The notes under the pieces were generated by a model. The model had not been told where the DNA came from. It saw only the letters and a list, made by a program, of their open reading frames with translations, and made no database searches. This document shows, in pieces, positions 46,097 to 55,555 of a stretch of 64,000 nt of DNA. A program made the position numbers and the translations under genes. Within the stretch, counting starts at the first letter, position 1. Each line of letters opens with the position of its first letter. Source of the DNA: Ilumatobacteraceae bacterium (GTDB taxonomy: Bacteria > Actinomycetota > Acidimicrobiia > Acidimicrobiales > Ilumatobacteraceae); NCBI GenBank assembly GCA_044354345.1, contig JBILAG010000001.1, forward strand, positions 25,496 to 89,495. The letters run 5' to 3'.

Positions 46097-46912
46097 TTAA
46101 AAGCGTGAGCGCACGGCCCATAGGTCTGGGAATACTGGTTTGAATAATGTTGAGGCAAGGTACGCAGCGCCACTTGACCCACCCGACCCATGCTTCAAGC
46201 CAATCGTGCGCTCAACCATTTTGACATGGCGGTAGCGCCACTCTTGCAGGCCTTCATCAATGTCGAGTAATCGTTCAAGCAACATTGCGACCTGCGGGTC
46301 TTGGCGATAAGCGATTGCGAGTGATTCTTGAACTTGATCATTAGCAACATAACTCTCGGTGAAGTTTCGTTGCGTTATCTCGCTGGGCATATTGTGACCA
46401 TGCTGGACGAGATAAATGACAACTGAATCCCATAGCGATCGGCGACTCATTGCGTTGACAACTCGCAATCTCGCCGCACTATTTGGCTCGAGATGATCAG
46501 CCATCGTTGCATCTCGTCGCCCGAGTACTGCTTCTAGTTCGCGAAACTGCACGGATTGAAAACCACTTGCAGCCTCAAGGCGATCGCGAAAAGAATTAAA
46601 TTGCAGAGGCGTCATTGTTTCTAAGATGTCAACTTGACTGACAAGAACTTTAAAAATTGTGCGAATACGACCAAATACAGATAACGAAGCGTGCGTCTCA
46701 CCAGTTTCTAACAGTGATTGCACCCGAGCGAGTTCGTGCAAAACGCATTTGAACCACAACTCATATGTCTGATGCACGATGATAAATAGCATTTCGTCAT
46801 GTTCTGGACCATCTGATCGAGGTTTTTGCAGTTCAAGCAATTGATCAACACTTAAATACGACGAATATGTAACAGCAGAACTAAATTGTTCAGAATTTTC
46901 TGCCGAATTCAT
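46097..46912 (-). CDS. kynA: Tryptophan 2,3-dioxygenase
   Basis: YSSYLSVDQLLELQ...HDEMLFIIVHQTYELWFK matches the bacterial TDO core. The internal ATG at 46912 is preferred because the 47008 start would overlap the divergent kynU. Confidence 0.75.
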   Translation of the reverse strand: MNSAENSEQFSSAVTYSSYLSVDQLLELQKPRSDGPEHDEMLFIIVHQTYELWFKCVLHELARVQSLLETGETHASLSVFGRIRTIFKVLVSQVDILETMTPLQFNSFRDRLEAASGFQSVQFRELEAVLGRRDATMADHLEPNSAARLRVVNAMSRRSLWDSVVIYLVQHGHNMPSEITQRNFTESYVANDQVQESLAIAYRQDPQVAMLLERLLDIDEGLQEWRYRHVKMVERTIGLKHGSGGSSGAAYLASTLFKPVFPDLWAVRSRF

Positions 46913-46925
46913 ATACGGTGAGCGT

Positions 46926-48194
46926 ATGCCAAATGATCTGACTTCGCGAAGTATGGCCCTGCAGCTTGATGCCAAAGACCCACTAGCCAAGTACCGAGAC
47001 GAATTCATGATTGTTGACCAGTCATTGTGTTATCTGGATGGCAACTCACTTGGGCGTATGCCAACTGAAACCGTCAATGTTGTTGACCAGTATTTGCGTA
47101 CAGAGTGGGCGACGAAACTAGTTTCTGGCTGGTCTGAATGGATTGATGAAGCTCAGTCAGTTGGCGATTTAATCGGTCGGGCCTCTTTAGGTGTTGCTGC
47201 AGGTCAAATGTTATGCGTTGACACAACCAGTATGAATTTTTATCAACTTTGCTGCGCCGCAGTTGATGCACGACCAGGTCGCAAAACAGTAATAACTGAC
47301 ACGGCAAACTTTCCGACTGATCGTTACATTTTGGAAGGTATCTGTAAACAACGCGGATTAAAACTTGTCGTGATCGACGACGACAGTGGCGAAGAATTTA
47401 TTTCTCCAGAAATGCTCACCGAAGTTTTAAACGATGACGTTGCGCTCGTTTCGCTTTCTGTTATTCAGTATCGCTCTGGAGTTTTGCATGATGTCGCAAA
47501 GTTAACTCAACTTGCGCGCGACGCAGGCGCACTTTTCGTTTGGGATGCGAGCCACGCGGTTGGTGTTGTGCCGATGCAATATGACCGTGACAAAGTTGAT
47601 CTTGCCGTCGGCTGCACTTACAAGTACGGCAACTCTGGGCCAGGTTCACCCGCGTGGTTGTATGTCTCGCACCGGATGCAAAGCGAGTTGCAGGTACCGA
47701 TTCAAGGTTGGTTCGCGCAGAACGATCAGTTTGCAATGGCGCAAGGTTTTGATCGCACTTCTGGAATGCGCGGATTTCAAGTCGCAAGCCCGAGCATTAT
47801 CGGAATGCGTTGCGTAACCACTGCATTCGCGATGATTGAACGTGCGGGGTTGTCGGCAATTGCACAAAAGGCAGCACAAGGCACCGAGTTAATGCTGGCA
47901 TTGCATGATGCTTGGCTCGCACCACTTGGGTTCTCAATCGTCACGCCGCGCGACTCAAAAAGGCGCGGTGGTCATATTTCTGTGCGGCATCAAGACGCAC
48001 AGAAAATTTCTGAAGCTATGCGAATTTTCGCAAACGTAATCGGCGACTTTCGCCAACCAGACTGCATCAGGTTGGCGATTTCACCTTTACCAACTAGTTA
48101 TGTCGAAGTTTTTGACGGTTTTGAACGAATACGTGATCTTGTCGCGACGAAAAAATATCTAGACGTGGGTGAGGCGTCAACTCGGGTTACGTGA
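46926..48194 (+). CDS. kynU: Kynureninase
   Basis: 422 aa. DPLAKYRDEF...CYLDGNSLG N-terminus and a PLP-fold CTYKYGNSGPG lysine context. Confidence 0.8.
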   Translation: MPNDLTSRSMALQLDAKDPLAKYRDEFMIVDQSLCYLDGNSLGRMPTETVNVVDQYLRTEWATKLVSGWSEWIDEAQSVGDLIGRASLGVAAGQMLCVDTTSMNFYQLCCAAVDARPGRKTVITDTANFPTDRYILEGICKQRGLKLVVIDDDSGEEFISPEMLTEVLNDDVALVSLSVIQYRSGVLHDVAKLTQLARDAGALFVWDASHAVGVVPMQYDRDKVDLAVGCTYKYGNSGPGSPAWLYVSHRMQSELQVPIQGWFAQNDQFAMAQGFDRTSGMRGFQVASPSIIGMRCVTTAFAMIERAGLSAIAQKAAQGTELMLALHDAWLAPLGFSIVTPRDSKRRGGHISVRHQDAQKISEAMRIFANVIGDFRQPDCIRLAISPLPTSYVEVFDGFERIRDLVATKKYLDVGEASTRVT

Positions 48195-48219
48195 GTTCAA
48201 AACTAATTTTGTTATCGAC

Positions 48220-49341
48220 TTAGCCACCGAAACGGCGATAAATACGTTCAACAGGGCCTTGACCGAAATGATTGTGCCACCAGTTAGCCCAGACAATTGC
48301 CGAAGTGTAAACAGCGATGCTCATGATCATTGCCGTATCTAGCCCTGTTGGTGTCACCAATTGCCACCAGTTCACAACTGCATTGTAAATAAAAATATGG
48401 GCGAGATAAATTGTCAGCGTCATTTGGCCAGTGATCCTCGCGGTTTCAATAATTTGTGATTCTTTGTAACGCTCGCACAGAAAATCTAGAACCACAAACA
48501 CCGCGACCACTACGCCAATCGCTGATGCAACATAGAGGATGCCGCGATCAAACGGTCGAGTCGAAGCGAGCTCTCGCCAACTTTGGTCGGTTTGACTTGA
48601 TGAATCAGCAATTGAGCGAATCACAGCATTCGCAAGATAAGAAAAACCGACTGCAAAGACGCTGATAATCAGAAGCCTGAGTCGAATAATCTTGAAAGTT
48701 GCGTAGTTGCGACCGAGCAAAATGCCAGTAATGAAAAATGCCAACCATGGGAAGAGTGGATGGGTGTAGTCAATAAAAATTCGAATTAGTAAATTTCGAG
48801 GTGAGTCGGCTTCAGCAGGTGAGAGCCATGCCGTGAAGTTGCCATTAAAAGTTTGTGAGAATCGCCACGACTCGACAGCCGCTGCGATAACTATCGAAAA
48901 TATGCCAAGCAAAATCAATTTTTGTTTTGACCAATAAGCGATCACACTTGCAGTTAAGAAAAAGGCACCATAGTAAGGAAGAATCGTGCCGGGCCAAACC
49001 CAGTTGATGCCGTATCCAAGTGTGAACAAGAACAAGCCGCGTCGTGCTAGACGCCACCGCGTTTCGTTTATTACCTGCTTTGTGTTTTTCGCGCCAATCA
49101 TGAGTGAAACACCCATGCCCGCAACCATTACAAATCCAACAGGAAACGGATTAGCAAGGACACCATTAAATGGATGCCACCATCGTTCATAGATTGAGGG
49201 CCCAGTTGTGCTTAGCGCGCCAGAGAAATTTAAGTAGCCGTGGTAGTTGAGCACGATGATTCCGAACAATGCAATTGTGCGCATCACATCCAAACTGACT
49301 ATTCGAACATCGTTTTCACGCGTACTCGAGTCAAGCGACAT
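48220..49341 (-). CDS. YeiB/DUF418-like polytopic membrane protein
   Basis: RIVSLDVMRTIALFGIIVLN N-terminal motif and more than 8 hydrophobic helices. The ATG at 49341 is preferred over the TTG at 49353. Confidence 0.55.
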   Translation of the reverse strand: MSLDSSTRENDVRIVSLDVMRTIALFGIIVLNYHGYLNFSGALSTTGPSIYERWWHPFNGVLANPFPVGFVMVAGMGVSLMIGAKNTKQVINETRWRLARRGLFLFTLGYGINWVWPGTILPYYGAFFLTASVIAYWSKQKLILLGIFSIVIAAAVESWRFSQTFNGNFTAWLSPAEADSPRNLLIRIFIDYTHPLFPWLAFFITGILLGRNYATFKIIRLRLLIISVFAVGFSYLANAVIRSIADSSSQTDQSWRELASTRPFDRGILYVASAIGVVVAVFVVLDFLCERYKESQIIETARITGQMTLTIYLAHIFIYNAVVNWWQLVTPTGLDTAMIMSIAVYTSAIVWANWWHNHFGQGPVERIYRRFGG

Positions 49342-49343
49342 TT

Positions 49344-50297
49344 TTAGATCCAAGAAATAATGTCTGGATACACACGCGTGAGAGGTTGTTGCACGTCGAT
49401 GTTGTCGCCAACCTGCGGTAATTTGTCGCCCTTTGGGATAAACACCATTGAAGTGTGCATATGTGATGGCTCAACAAGTTCAAGTCGCTGTTGATTGAAA
49501 TGAAAAGGGCTTAGTTCTGCGCCAACTAGATGAACGCCGTGACTTGTGCCGGCGCCGATCATTGCGATAGCACCGTCTTGTGTGATCTTCACGTTTCGAT
49601 AACCAGCGGTTTCGCCCTGACCGACAGATCGAATATCAAGCACATCGGCCATCAGGTGAGTCATTGATTTATCACCGAGCCAAAGTGCTGTACCCGAACG
49701 TACACGAATTTTACTTTTGACAAATTCTTGGCGCAGTTGTTTAATGCCAGTTGCGTCAACATGACTAACAAACCAGGGCATGTCAGACGATATTTTTAAC
49801 ATCCAGTTTCTAATTTCAGCAAGGTGGTCGCTTGGTTCTCCATCAAGAGGTGGGTGAATTGACCAACCAACCTGAGTCAGTCCTGCATTTTTAAGCGCCG
49901 CTAGAACTTCTGTCAGTTCATCTTTGTTTACACCGTAACGGTTCATACTTGAGCGAAGCTTTACGACTACCGAACCACGCCAAGAATTTCTATTGAGGTT
50001 CGCGACATGGTTGAGTGAACCAACTGTCAAAATTGTGTTCGCCGGCAATGAGTCTGGCAATTCGCTGCCCGCTGGGGTTAGAACGATCGCAACGCAATTT
50101 TCGGGCACATCATGTACCTCATATACAGAACCAACTGCGATTTCACTAGACAGTGTCGCCGCATGTTGAATCAACGTCGATCGTCCGAAACCGTATCCAT
50201 TGCCCTTGACAACTGGGATGAGATCACCAAAGCCATTAGCAACTTCACGAAAATGACGCTTCCATGAAATTGAGTCAACGTTTAATCGCAGAGTCAC
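49344..50297 (-). CDS. Alanine-racemase-family PLP enzyme (short form)
   Basis: 317 aa. PVVKGNGYGFG PLP-lysine motif. Shorter than canonical Alr. Confidence 0.6.
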   Translation of the reverse strand: MTLRLNVDSISWKRHFREVANGFGDLIPVVKGNGYGFGRSTLIQHAATLSSEIAVGSVYEVHDVPENCVAIVLTPAGSELPDSLPANTILTVGSLNHVANLNRNSWRGSVVVKLRSSMNRYGVNKDELTEVLAALKNAGLTQVGWSIHPPLDGEPSDHLAEIRNWMLKISSDMPWFVSHVDATGIKQLRQEFVKSKIRVRSGTALWLGDKSMTHLMADVLDIRSVGQGETAGYRNVKITQDGAIAMIGAGTSHGVHLVGAELSPFHFNQQRLELVEPSHMHTSMVFIPKGDKLPQVGDNIDVQQPLTRVYPDIISWI

Positions 50298-50321
50298 TGC
50301 AACTAACTTTACAGCCGCTTA

Positions 50322-50948
50322 TTAACTGAGTGACTTTTGCCGTTTAACCCTGTGTGAGATGGCACGGAAACCCTCAATAATTATCGTTACGCCGAAGGCT
50401 CCGGCGAATGCAATTAAAAAAGCTTTGGTGTGATTATCAGCAAAAGACTTTCCACCGATGTATCCAAGTAGTGATGCATAAAGTGACCACACACTTGCAG
50501 CTACAACCGCCCAACCAATAAACCAATTACGAGGCTGACGAGTAACTCCGCATGAAAGTGTAAGAATTGTTCTGCCACCGGGGATAAACCTCGCAGTGAT
50601 CAATAACATTCCACCACGTTCATGAATCTGGTCAACAATGTTCGCCATTTGTTTCGCACCGCGTTCTGTACGTGTTCGTCGCTTGATCACCCAATCACTT
50701 GCTTCACGTCCGATGAAATAACTTAAGTTATCACCAACAAATGCACCGCTTCCGGCGCAAAGAATGACTAATGCAATTGAAAGTGAACCAGAACCAGCGC
50801 TCACACCGCCAATTATGACAAGTGTTTCACTTGGAACAATCGGTAACACTGAGTCGAATACAGCAACCCCAAAAATAATCAAATAGAACCATGGTGACGA
50901 CGAAGATTCTTTTAGCCAATCGAAAAAAGTATTGACAACTGTGAGCAT
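50322..50948 (-). CDS. DedA-family membrane protein
   Basis: 208 aa. VLPIVPSETLVIIGG and FIPGGRT motifs. Confidence 0.8.
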   Translation of the reverse strand: MLTVVNTFFDWLKESSSSPWFYLIIFGVAVFDSVLPIVPSETLVIIGGVSAGSGSLSIALVILCAGSGAFVGDNLSYFIGREASDWVIKRRTRTERGAKQMANIVDQIHERGGMLLITARFIPGGRTILTLSCGVTRQPRNWFIGWAVVAASVWSLYASLLGYIGGKSFADNHTKAFLIAFAGAFGVTIIIEGFRAISHRVKRQKSLS

Positions 50949-50992
50949 TACAAAACCCTAGCGAAAAACTATGTTGCTACTAGTTTTTCAAT

Positions 50993-51583
50993 CTAAATAT
51001 CTGGTTCTTCATGAGATTTCAAACGTCGTAAGTTCGGCAAATGTTTGGCAATAATAAACGCGACCAGTGCCAACGTTGCCAAGATCTCCCAGTTCTCTGC
51101 TTTCTCCCACGAAATACCAAACGGAAGCGCAATTGAAATTGCCAAAGACGCAATCGAGGCTTTACGAGTTGCCTTGGTAAGAACAAACCATGAACTAAAT
51201 AAAATTAAACTTGTGAGTGGAAACAACATAAACATTCCACCACCACCACAGGCAACCCCTTTGCCGCCTTTAAATTTGCGAGTCACAGGATATGAGTGGC
51301 CGAGAATTGCAGCGAATAAACATAAATAAGACAACGGACTTCGTTGTTCTGAAGTAACGATCCAAGCTAAACCAACAGCGAGTGCAGCTTTTGCCATGTC
51401 CATTAAGAACACCGCTAGCCCAGTTTTCCATCCGAGATTGCGGATGACATTCGATGCGCCCGGGTTACCAGAGCCAACAGTTGTGATGTCAAGATTTTTT
51501 CGACCAGCAACAATTGCCGCACTTGGAAACGTGCCAAAAAAATATGAAACAATTACGACAACGATTGCAATCAGAATTTCCAT
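50993..51583 (-). CDS. plsY: Glycerol-3-phosphate acyltransferase PlsY
   Basis: 196 aa. GSGNPGASNV and FKGGKGVA motifs. Confidence 0.85.
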   Translation of the reverse strand: MEILIAIVVVIVSYFFGTFPSAAIVAGRKNLDITTVGSGNPGASNVIRNLGWKTGLAVFLMDMAKAALAVGLAWIVTSEQRSPLSYLCLFAAILGHSYPVTRKFKGGKGVACGGGGMFMLFPLTSLILFSSWFVLTKATRKASIASLAISIALPFGISWEKAENWEILATLALVAFIIAKHLPNLRRLKSHEEPDI

Positions 51584-51637
51584 TTAATACCCCTGAGTTA
51601 TTGTAATCAAGTTGGTTTTGTATGACTGGTCAGAGAG

Positions 51638-52933
51638 TCAGCGACAAGTTGGATCATCTGGCGGAACAACTCCAACCGTCTTTTGCAGGACGGTTGAAGT
51701 CGGGATTGTTGTCGGCGGAGTCTGAGTCGTGCTTGATTCTGGTATCGCGAGAGTAGTTGTTGTGGCAATTGCAATTCTTTGAGCCACAAGAACAATAGTT
51801 GGCTTATTTTGCGTGTGAATCGAAGCTTTTTGAGCTGTCAGTGGTGAGCGGCCTTGAAAGATCTCAAGAACTTGTTTCATTGATTCAGATTTGATTTGCG
51901 GAATCAAAACTGAAAGTTCACCGATACGTTTTGGATAAGAGTCAATCGTGTAGGTAGCAACCGTGCGGGTATTCAGATCTCGCATCGCTTGAGCTAGGTC
52001 TAACATTCCGCGAGGCGTAAGTTGATCGTCTGTGATCACATTTTTCAAAGCCGCGTTCAGCAAGTTGTTAGCAACCCCGATGTTTGACGAACCTTTATCG
52101 AGTGCTCGTTGCATAGAGCGGCGTAAAAAATCTTGCTGTCGACTAATGCGACCAAGGTCGCCTGATGGGTCTTCTAACCATTTTTGTTTGGTCGTATCAA
52201 AATATCTATAGCCCGATCTTGAGCGAACGTATGCCAGCGCGCGGTCGCCATCAAAATTTATACATCCTGGTGTAGTGACATTGAGGCCAGTCTTCTTGTC
52301 ATGCGTCGGATACAGAAATGGAACTTTGACTCCATCAACTGCTGTCACAATCTCTTTAAACGCACAAAAATTAACATTCACATAATGATCAACTGGAATG
52401 CCAAAACTTTTTTCAATCGTGTCAACCAGGCGGTTTGGGTCAGTGCTCTTAAATGCAGAGTTGATTCGGTTTTGTCGAGTTGTGCCAGCGATGTTAACCC
52501 ACAGGTCTCTAGGAAACGAGAGAATCGCTGCACGCTTTGAACTCGGGTCAATCCGAATAATCATGATTGTGTCGCTACGTTCGCCAAGACTTGTGCGGTC
52601 ACCGATGCCGCCCGTGGTTGAACTTTTGGCGTCGGCACATGAGCCATTGTCTGAACCGGTCAATAAAAAGTTTTTTGCATCAAGACTTTTTGGATCAAGA
52701 ACTACATCTGAATTAGTTGGTGAATCATTTGCGGTTTGCGTTTGGTTGTCTGTGTTCTCTTGAGAATTGTTCAAGGTAACAATTAGTCGTTGATTAACAC
52801 GACCATTAACCCAAAGCATTCCGAACCCTGAAAATACCAATAAAGTAACGACGAATATATTTAGCGACAGTACGAAATAATGCGATTTCGGTCTTGGACC
52901 AAATTTTGGTTTAGATATCAACCTTCGCAACAT
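51638..52933 (-). CDS. LytR-CpsA-Psr (LCP) family cell-envelope glycopolymer transferase
   Basis: 431 aa. N-terminal TM, RSDTIMIIRIDP and SFPRDLWV motifs. Pro/Thr-rich C-terminal tail. Confidence 0.8.
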   Translation of the reverse strand: MLRRLISKPKFGPRPKSHYFVLSLNIFVVTLLVFSGFGMLWVNGRVNQRLIVTLNNSQENTDNQTQTANDSPTNSDVVLDPKSLDAKNFLLTGSDNGSCADAKSSTTGGIGDRTSLGERSDTIMIIRIDPSSKRAAILSFPRDLWVNIAGTTRQNRINSAFKSTDPNRLVDTIEKSFGIPVDHYVNVNFCAFKEIVTAVDGVKVPFLYPTHDKKTGLNVTTPGCINFDGDRALAYVRSRSGYRYFDTTKQKWLEDPSGDLGRISRQQDFLRRSMQRALDKGSSNIGVANNLLNAALKNVITDDQLTPRGMLDLAQAMRDLNTRTVATYTIDSYPKRIGELSVLIPQIKSESMKQVLEIFQGRSPLTAQKASIHTQNKPTIVLVAQRIAIATTTTLAIPESSTTQTPPTTIPTSTVLQKTVGVVPPDDPTCR

Positions 52934-52940
52934 GCACTAA

Positions 52941-55520
52941 CTAGGTTAGTGGAGTAGCAAGAGTTACCTGCGCGACAATGTCTTGCGTGTTCGTCTGCGA
53001 GGCAGAAATCACAAATTTTATTTCTTGCAATGCTCCAGCATTACGCAAGTCAAGAATATTTGCTTCTAGTAAATCAATTGTTGCAGTAGGTGCAGTAACG
53101 ACAAGTTGCGAAACTTCAGCACGTTGAGAAACCTTTGCTTCTGTTTTGGCACGCCGCACCGCCGCAAGCACAACGCAAGTTGCGTCAAGTAACGCACTTG
53201 CACCATCTGAAGCAACAAAGTCGGCAAGAGTCTCTTGAGTTGTTGGCCAGTTCGCCAAATGAATTGAGCCTGACTCTAGCCAAGACCAAACTTCTTCTGT
53301 AGCAAACGGCAACATCGGTGCAAGCAACCGTTGCAAAATACTCAAGGCGCGATGTAACGAAACTCTTGCCGATGATGCATCGTGAGTCTCGCCGTAGGCA
53401 CGAGTTTTTACCAATTCGACATAATCATCACAGAACCACCAGAAAAAAGCTTCAGTTCGTTCGAGCGCTCGGGCGTAATCAAATTGCTCGAGGGCAAGTG
53501 TGGCTTCATCAACTACTGCAGCCAGGCGAATGAGCATTGCATGATCAATCAAATCAGTCGGCTTTGAATCCGGGGTCAACTCTCCGGCACCAAGAACAAA
53601 CTTCGTCAAGTTCAAAAGCTTTGTTGCAAGTTTTCGCCCGACTTTCATTTGTTCTTCACTAAAAGTTGTGTCAACACCAGGTCGTGCACATGCAGCCCAA
53701 TATCGCACAGCGTCGCTGCCGTATTGATCAAATAAATCTGATGGCGTTACAACATTGCCTTTCGATTTCGACATCTTTTTGCGATCAGGGTCGAGAATCC
53801 AGCCAGACAACGCGGCGTTCTTCCATGGTGCTTGATTGTGTTCGAAGTTTGAACGAACCATCGTGGCAAACAACCACGTGCGAATAATGTCGTGACCTTG
53901 TGGTCGAACATCCATCGGAAAAATTCTCGTAAACAAATCTTGATCATCTATCCACCTACCGGCAATTTGTGGAGTAAGTGAAGAAGTCGCCCAAGTATCC
54001 ATGATGTCGGGGTCACCAACAAACCCGTTGGCTTGCCCGCGTTGCTCGGCGACAAAACCAATTGGCAAATCTGTACTTGGATCAATTGGTAATTGATCTT
54101 TAGTTGGCACAAGTGGATTGTCATAAATGACTTCACCTTGCGCATCAAGGCGATACCAAAGCGGTATCGGCACACCAAAATACCTTTGTCGGCTTACCAG
54201 CCAGTCGCCGTTGAGACCGCCGACCCAGTTTGCATAACGGTGTTGCATGAAATCTGGGTGCCAAGTGAGTTCGTCACCGCGTGCAAGCAACTTGTCGCGA
54301 AGCGCTTGATCGCGACCACCATTACGGATGTACCACTGGCGACTCGTAACAATTTCAAGTGGCCGATCGCCTTTTTCGTAAAACTTAACCGCGTGGGTAA
54401 TCGCTCGTGGCTCATCAATCAGCTCGCCTGTTTCGCGCAATATTTCTACCGTCAATGTTTGCGCCTGCTTAACAGTTTTGCCTGCAAGTCGTGAATATTG
54501 CAGTTTTGCTTTATCGGACATTACTGCTGGAGCATCTGCAACGAATCGTCCGTCACGTCCGATTGTTGGGCGAGTGCTGAGATTTAATTCGCGCCACCAA
54601 ATCACATCTGTTAAATCTCCGAATGTGCAAACCATTGCAATGCCCGAGCCTTTATCTTGTTGCGCAAGAGGGTGAGCAAAAACTGGCACTTCAACATTAA
54701 AGATTGGTGTGTGTGCAACTTTGCCAAACAGATGTTGATATCGCGCATCATCAGGGTGTGCGACCAGTCCGACGCAAGCAGCAATTAATTCAGGTCGAGT
54801 TGTTTCAACCACAAACTCGCTGCGACTTTCGTCTGGCACATGAAATTTTAATTTATGAAACGCACCAGGTCGCTCGCGGTCTTCAAGTTCTGCTTGCGCA
54901 ACTGCCGTACCGAAGTCAACATCCCAAAGAGTCGGTGCTTCTTGCGTGTAAGCCTCACCACGTTCAAGATTTTTTAAGAATGCACTTTGCGCAGTACGCC
55001 GAGCATGTTCGCTAATAGTTGTATAAAGCAAACTCCAGTCAACCGATAGCCCGAGACGACGAAATAAATCTTCAAAAACTTTTTCATCTTGTGCAGTCAG
55101 CTCATCACAAAGTTCAATAAAGTTTGGTCGCGAAATTGGTATTGCGCGCGAATCTTTTGGAGGGTCACCGCGAAACGGTGGTTCAAAATTCTCGATGTAT
55201 TTCAGGGATGGATCACATGAAACCCCGTAATAATTTTGTACGCGGCGCTCGGTCGGCAGACCATTGTCATCCCATCCCATTGGATAAAAAACAGATTTGC
55301 CACGCATTCGCCAAAAGCGAGCCAACGTGTCGGTGTGCGTGTAAGAAAAAACATGACCCATATGCAACGAACCACTGACTGTTGGTGGCGGCGTATCAAT
55401 TGAGAAAATATTTTTGCGCTCTGCTGTGCGATCAAAACGATAAATACCGTCGCGCTCCCATTGTTCAACGAGTCGAGCGTCAACTCCATCCATTGTTGGC
55501 TTCTCGGGTACGCGTGACAT
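52941..55520 (-). CDS. valS: Valine--tRNA ligase
   Basis: PPPTVSGSLHMGH (HIGH-type) and KMSKSKGN motifs. The ATG at 55520 (MSRVPEKP) is preferred because the track start at 55586 would overlap cysS. Confidence 0.9.
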   Translation of the reverse strand: MSRVPEKPTMDGVDARLVEQWERDGIYRFDRTAERKNIFSIDTPPPTVSGSLHMGHVFSYTHTDTLARFWRMRGKSVFYPMGWDDNGLPTERRVQNYYGVSCDPSLKYIENFEPPFRGDPPKDSRAIPISRPNFIELCDELTAQDEKVFEDLFRRLGLSVDWSLLYTTISEHARRTAQSAFLKNLERGEAYTQEAPTLWDVDFGTAVAQAELEDRERPGAFHKLKFHVPDESRSEFVVETTRPELIAACVGLVAHPDDARYQHLFGKVAHTPIFNVEVPVFAHPLAQQDKGSGIAMVCTFGDLTDVIWWRELNLSTRPTIGRDGRFVADAPAVMSDKAKLQYSRLAGKTVKQAQTLTVEILRETGELIDEPRAITHAVKFYEKGDRPLEIVTSRQWYIRNGGRDQALRDKLLARGDELTWHPDFMQHRYANWVGGLNGDWLVSRQRYFGVPIPLWYRLDAQGEVIYDNPLVPTKDQLPIDPSTDLPIGFVAEQRGQANGFVGDPDIMDTWATSSLTPQIAGRWIDDQDLFTRIFPMDVRPQGHDIIRTWLFATMVRSNFEHNQAPWKNAALSGWILDPDRKKMSKSKGNVVTPSDLFDQYGSDAVRYWAACARPGVDTTFSEEQMKVGRKLATKLLNLTKFVLGAGELTPDSKPTDLIDHAMLIRLAAVVDEATLALEQFDYARALERTEAFFWWFCDDYVELVKTRAYGETHDASSARVSLHRALSILQRLLAPMLPFATEEVWSWLESGSIHLANWPTTQETLADFVASDGASALLDATCVVLAAVRRAKTEAKVSQRAEVSQLVVTAPTATIDLLEANILDLRNAGALQEIKFVISASQTNTQDIVAQVTLATPLT

Positions 55521-55555
55521 GACGAAATAACGGTACTCGCCTATCCTTAATATCT

